DNA of 64,000 nt from Nitrospinaceae bacterium (GTDB taxonomy: Bacteria > Nitrospinota > Nitrospinia > Nitrospinales > Nitrospinaceae), in assembly GCA_965237905.1 (NCBI GenBank), contig OZ250172.1:1568001-1632000 (forward strand). The letters are read 5' to 3'. Shown here one piece after another: positions 58,243 to 64,000 of the stretch (positions are counted from its first letter, which is position 1; every line of letters starts with the position of its first letter). The notes under the pieces are model-generated. The model was not told where the DNA came from. It saw nothing but the letters and a program-made list of their open reading frames with translations, and did not search any database. The position numbers were made by a program, and so were the translations under genes.

Positions 58243-58264
58243 ATTTAAGCCCCCTTCGGTGATT

Positions 58265-58465
58265 ATGCAACTTGTCATCAACGGTCAAGAGAAGGCTCTG
58301 CAATCCAGCGCAACCATCACTCAAATGCTCAAGGAACTGGATATCACAGGCTCCCATATTGCCGTGGCGCTCAACTTCCAAGTGGTGCCCCGTTCCAATT
58401 ACGACCAGACTCCGCTCCACGAGGGAGACAAGGTGGAAATCGTGCATGCCGTCGGGGGCGGCTGA
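58265..58465 (+). CDS. thiS: sulfur carrier protein ThiS
   Basis: INGQ, IAVALN..VVPR, GDKVEIVHAVGGG. Confidence 0.95.
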   Translation: MQLVINGQEKALQSSATITQMLKELDITGSHIAVALNFQVVPRSNYDQTPLHEGDKVEIVHAVGGG

Positions 58466-58532
58466 TCCTTTTAATACATAACGCCCCTCTCCTGCGGGTG
58501 GAGAACCGTTTAATCATTATTTGAGACAGAAT

Positions 58533-59324
58533 ATGGAAACCGTCGTAGAAACTGAAAATACACTTAAGATCGCCGATAAGGTGTTCCATTCCCGGCTGAT
58601 TGTCGGCACGGGTAAATACGCTTCGTTCGAACAAAACCGCCAGGCCCTGGAAATTTCCGGCGCGGAAATGATCACCGTGGCCGTCCGCCGGATCGAACTC
58701 GACAAAACCAAAGAATCGATCCTCAACTATATCGATCCCGAAAAATACACGCTACTGCCCAACACCGCCGGGTGCTACAGCGTCAAGGAAACGGTGATGA
58801 CCGCCGAATTGGCACGCGAAGCGGGCCTTGGCAATTTCGTCAAGGTCGAAGTGATCGGCGATGAAAAAACGCTGTTCCCGGATAACGAAGCCACACTGGA
58901 AGCTTCCAAACTGCTCGTCAAAGACGGTTTTCACGTTCTTCCGTATTGTTCCGACGACGTGGTGCTGTGCAAAAAGCTGGAGGACATTGGCTGTGCCGCC
59001 GTCATGCCTCTGGCCGCGCCCATCGGGTCCGGGCTCGGCATCCGCAACCCATACAACCTCAAACTGATTTTGGAAGCGGTCAATGTCCCGGTCATCGTCG
59101 ATGCCGGGGTAGGTACCGCCTCCGACGCAAGCCGCGCCATGGAATTAGGAGTCGCCGGCCTGCTGATGAATACCGCCATCGCCGGAGCGAAGGATCCTCT
59201 GAAAATGGCGCAGGCCATGAAACTGGCAGTGCAAAGTGGACGGCTGGCTTATGAAGCGGGACGGATTCCAAAAAAACTGTACGCCACCGCCAGCAGTCCC
59301 ATCGACGGCCTCATCGATATTTAA
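58533..59324 (+). CDS. thiG: thiazole synthase
   Basis: [34 protein letters not shown]. Confidence 0.97.
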   Translation: METVVETENTLKIADKVFHSRLIVGTGKYASFEQNRQALEISGAEMITVAVRRIELDKTKESILNYIDPEKYTLLPNTAGCYSVKETVMTAELAREAGLGNFVKVEVIGDEKTLFPDNEATLEASKLLVKDGFHVLPYCSDDVVLCKKLEDIGCAAVMPLAAPIGSGLGIRNPYNLKLILEAVNVPVIVDAGVGTASDASRAMELGVAGLLMNTAIAGAKDPLKMAQAMKLAVQSGRLAYEAGRIPKKLYATASSPIDGLIDI

Positions 59325-59349
59325 ACCGCAAACGGGCAGGGTTCGCACC

Positions 59350-61946
<2,597 letters not shown>

Positions 61947-61967
61947 CCAGCGTGACGCTGGACTCAA
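61947..61967. repeat. truncated inverted copy of the ~100-bp repeat family
   Basis: ccagcgtgacgctggactcaa is the exact reverse complement of 16312-16332. Confidence 0.7.
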
Positions 61968-61969
61968 TG

Positions 61970-62002
61970 AACCCCTCTTCTTCCGAAGGAGAGGGGTTTT
62001 TT
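61970..62002 (+). terminator. intrinsic terminator after thiC
   Basis: aacccctct..agaggggtt stem plus T-run. Confidence 0.75.
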
Positions 62003-62259
62003 ATTTCCAGCAATTCACCCGTTATCCTGAGCCTCTCGAAAGATAACAGTTCTCCCTTTATTTACTGCAGGATTGCATTCTGTAGCTCTGTAAAAAAGTC
62101 TTCCATTCAACCTCCAATTTTTCAAAGATTTTCCAAAATAATGCCCCAAGTGGGGTTGAATTTATGTGCGGAATGGACTTCACCCTTTATACTGAAACAG
62201 TCAGAACGAGATGAAAAAAGAGTTTTCGGAATGGATATCCAAGGCAAGAGGAGGAGGCT

Positions 62260-62925
62260 ATGAAACAGTTATTGATCGTGTCCCTGCTGGCGTTCGGCCT
62301 GGTCGGAGCCACCAGCGGATTTGAGGAAAGCCGCCAAAGTAACAAGTTTTTCAACCGGGATGTCGGGTTTGCCCTCACCAAGCACCCCGATTGGCATTTT
62401 CTGAACCTGGATAATGCGGAAATCTGGATGACGAGCCCCGATAACAGCGAAGAGGGAAAACTGAAACTCAAACAGCATATTCAGAGCTTGAGGGAGCAGG
62501 AAGCCACAACGGGTATGGCACCGCTGTTCATTGCAAAACACGAGGAACCTTATCCTGATCTCAATCCCACGATCAAGGTGTCTTTGCACTATATCGACGA
62601 TCTACCGAAGGACGTCTCCCCGCTGGCGATCGCGGCGGTCATGGCCAAAAGCGTCTCAGAGAACAATGAAGGCTTCAAGATGATGGACCGAATCCGGTTG
62701 GTCCGGGTTTCCAATTTTAAAGCGGGTTATCTGAGCTTCACCCTTGATGGAGAACTCAACTCGGGAGAAAAAAAGGCCGCCATGAACCAGGTGTATTTGA
62801 TCCCGCGGGGAAAATACGTCTTTGAGATCACCATCTCCACTCCTTTGAAATGCGATGTCAACACGGATGCGGACCTGGAGGAAATGATGGAATCGATTTT
62901 TATCTTAAAACCTTTCGAAATATAA
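62260..62925 (+). CDS. hypothetical exported protein
   Basis: Strong ggagg RBS, signal peptide. Confidence 0.72.
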   Translation: MKQLLIVSLLAFGLVGATSGFEESRQSNKFFNRDVGFALTKHPDWHFLNLDNAEIWMTSPDNSEEGKLKLKQHIQSLREQEATTGMAPLFIAKHEEPYPDLNPTIKVSLHYIDDLPKDVSPLAIAAVMAKSVSENNEGFKMMDRIRLVRVSNFKAGYLSFTLDGELNSGEKKAAMNQVYLIPRGKYVFEITISTPLKCDVNTDADLEEMMESIFILKPFEI

Positions 62926-63164
62926 ACAGCAGGACACAAACGCGCCCCGCCTTGGTAAGGTAAGGAGGGGATACAGGGGAGGTGGATAAAACCCTCCTCT
63001 TGCCTTTTTTGGTGTGTCCGATCGGATGCATCCCAAAGAATATCTTTGAAAATCAGCACTTTAAGGGCATCCCACCCAAAATTTATTAAATTATCCTATT
63101 ATTACCTTTACAATAAATGGGTTCGGTTCGAACCCATTTTCTACTCACCAGACAGAGGAATTCC

Positions 63165-63728
63165 ATGACCGGAAAAAAGAAAAATAAAACCATTTTAATC
63201 ATTGTTGCCGCGCTGGTTCTGGCGGGAGCGGGCGTGTACGGTTTCATGAACATGGAAACACTGGAAATCCTGGTCAAAAAAACGACGGGGAGTGATTCCC
63301 AGGACCTTCTGGCACTGGCTAAGGAAGCGGAACAGGACGGCGACAACGATAAGGCTCTGGGCTATTATCAGGGATTTCTCGACGTTCATTCGGATACCGA
63401 TCCCGCTACGGGCTTCGCCTATGCTGGCATAGGGAACATCTACTTGAAACAGTTGAAATACAACAAGGCCATCGAATATTTAAAGAAGGGACTCGACCAT
63501 TCCGCCCAATTCGCAGGTAAGCAGAGCCAGCAGGCGGCGGACCAGTGGTTCATCCTGGGTTCGGTATACGACAAACAGGGAGAGATCCAAACGGCCCTCG
63601 ATCATTACAAAAACAGCCGTGAGATCCAGGTCAAGCTGGATGGGGATACTGAAAAAGTGGACAAAATGATTGATGCGCTGGAAGACTACATGGTCAACGC
63701 CAACCTGCATACCAGTTCTTCGTCATAA
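63165..63728 (+). CDS. membrane-anchored TPR protein
   Basis: N-terminal TM; TPRs AY..IGNIY.....Y.KAIEY; ATG 63165. Confidence 0.8.
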   Translation: MTGKKKNKTILIIVAALVLAGAGVYGFMNMETLEILVKKTTGSDSQDLLALAKEAEQDGDNDKALGYYQGFLDVHSDTDPATGFAYAGIGNIYLKQLKYNKAIEYLKKGLDHSAQFAGKQSQQAADQWFILGSVYDKQGEIQTALDHYKNSREIQVKLDGDTEKVDKMIDALEDYMVNANLHTSSSS

Positions 63729-63750
63729 CCCCTGATTATCACCTATGAGT

Positions 63751-63802
63751 TGTCACCCTGAGCCCTTCGACAAGCTCAGGACGGGCTCTATTGAAGGGCG
63801 AC
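63751..63802. repeat. REP-like palindromic element
   Basis: tgtcaccctgagcccttcgacaagctcaggac..gaagggcgaca, related to the gtcatcctgagc family. Confidence 0.6.
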
Positions 63803-64000
63803 ATTAATCTACCCTTCCACCCAACTTCTCCACTGGGTGGAGAAGAGATATTCCTCGCTCCGTGTTCCGGTTTTCTCCATGTTTCTCTGCATTCAGTAGC
63901 AGTTCATATTGACTTTTCCCACCAAATAGTTCAACATGCTGTTTTTTAAGGGTTTTTAGACCTTTCGCCCGCGGGAATTCGCCCTTGACAAAATGGCGGC

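Overview
Bacterial chromosomal window of moderate GC. The gene content (Na+/H+-pyrophosphatase, futalosine-pathway mqnA, many TPR/LRR proteins) is compatible with a Nitrospinota/delta-proteobacterial-like organism, which is an inference only. The backbone is housekeeping: yacG, glyQ, tRNA-Leu(CAG), ribF, tatB, dusB, hisI-hisG, mqnA, hppA, pth-rplY-prs-tRNA-Gln-ispE, and a TPP-riboswitch-controlled thiSGEC operon. Several accessory pieces interrupt it. (i) An AT-rich three-gene operon at 1902-4224 encodes a GIY-YIG-like nuclease and two Rx4H (HEPN-like) proteins; this is my best candidate for an undescribed defence system. (ii) Two single-gene insertions (TPR lipoprotein, Fic) are each followed by a displaced copy of the 3' end of the upstream gene. 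(iii) An 81-bp-period mini-array abuts the tRNA-Leu 3' end. (iv) A ~100-bp structured repeat family lies around yacG and upstream of ribF. (v) A ~16-kb redox/detoxification-type island (36.2-52.2 kb) carries a PAS-sigma54 activator, three conserved triple-box/sigma54 promoters, a decayed second activator copy and a duplicated leader, all readable from the sequence. A DciA(DUF721)-like domain is also fused in frame to a lipobox-bearing TPR protein. No CRISPR array, rRNA, integrase or transposase is seen. All family assignments come from motif recognition by eye, not database searches, and several starts were moved downstream of the ORF track.
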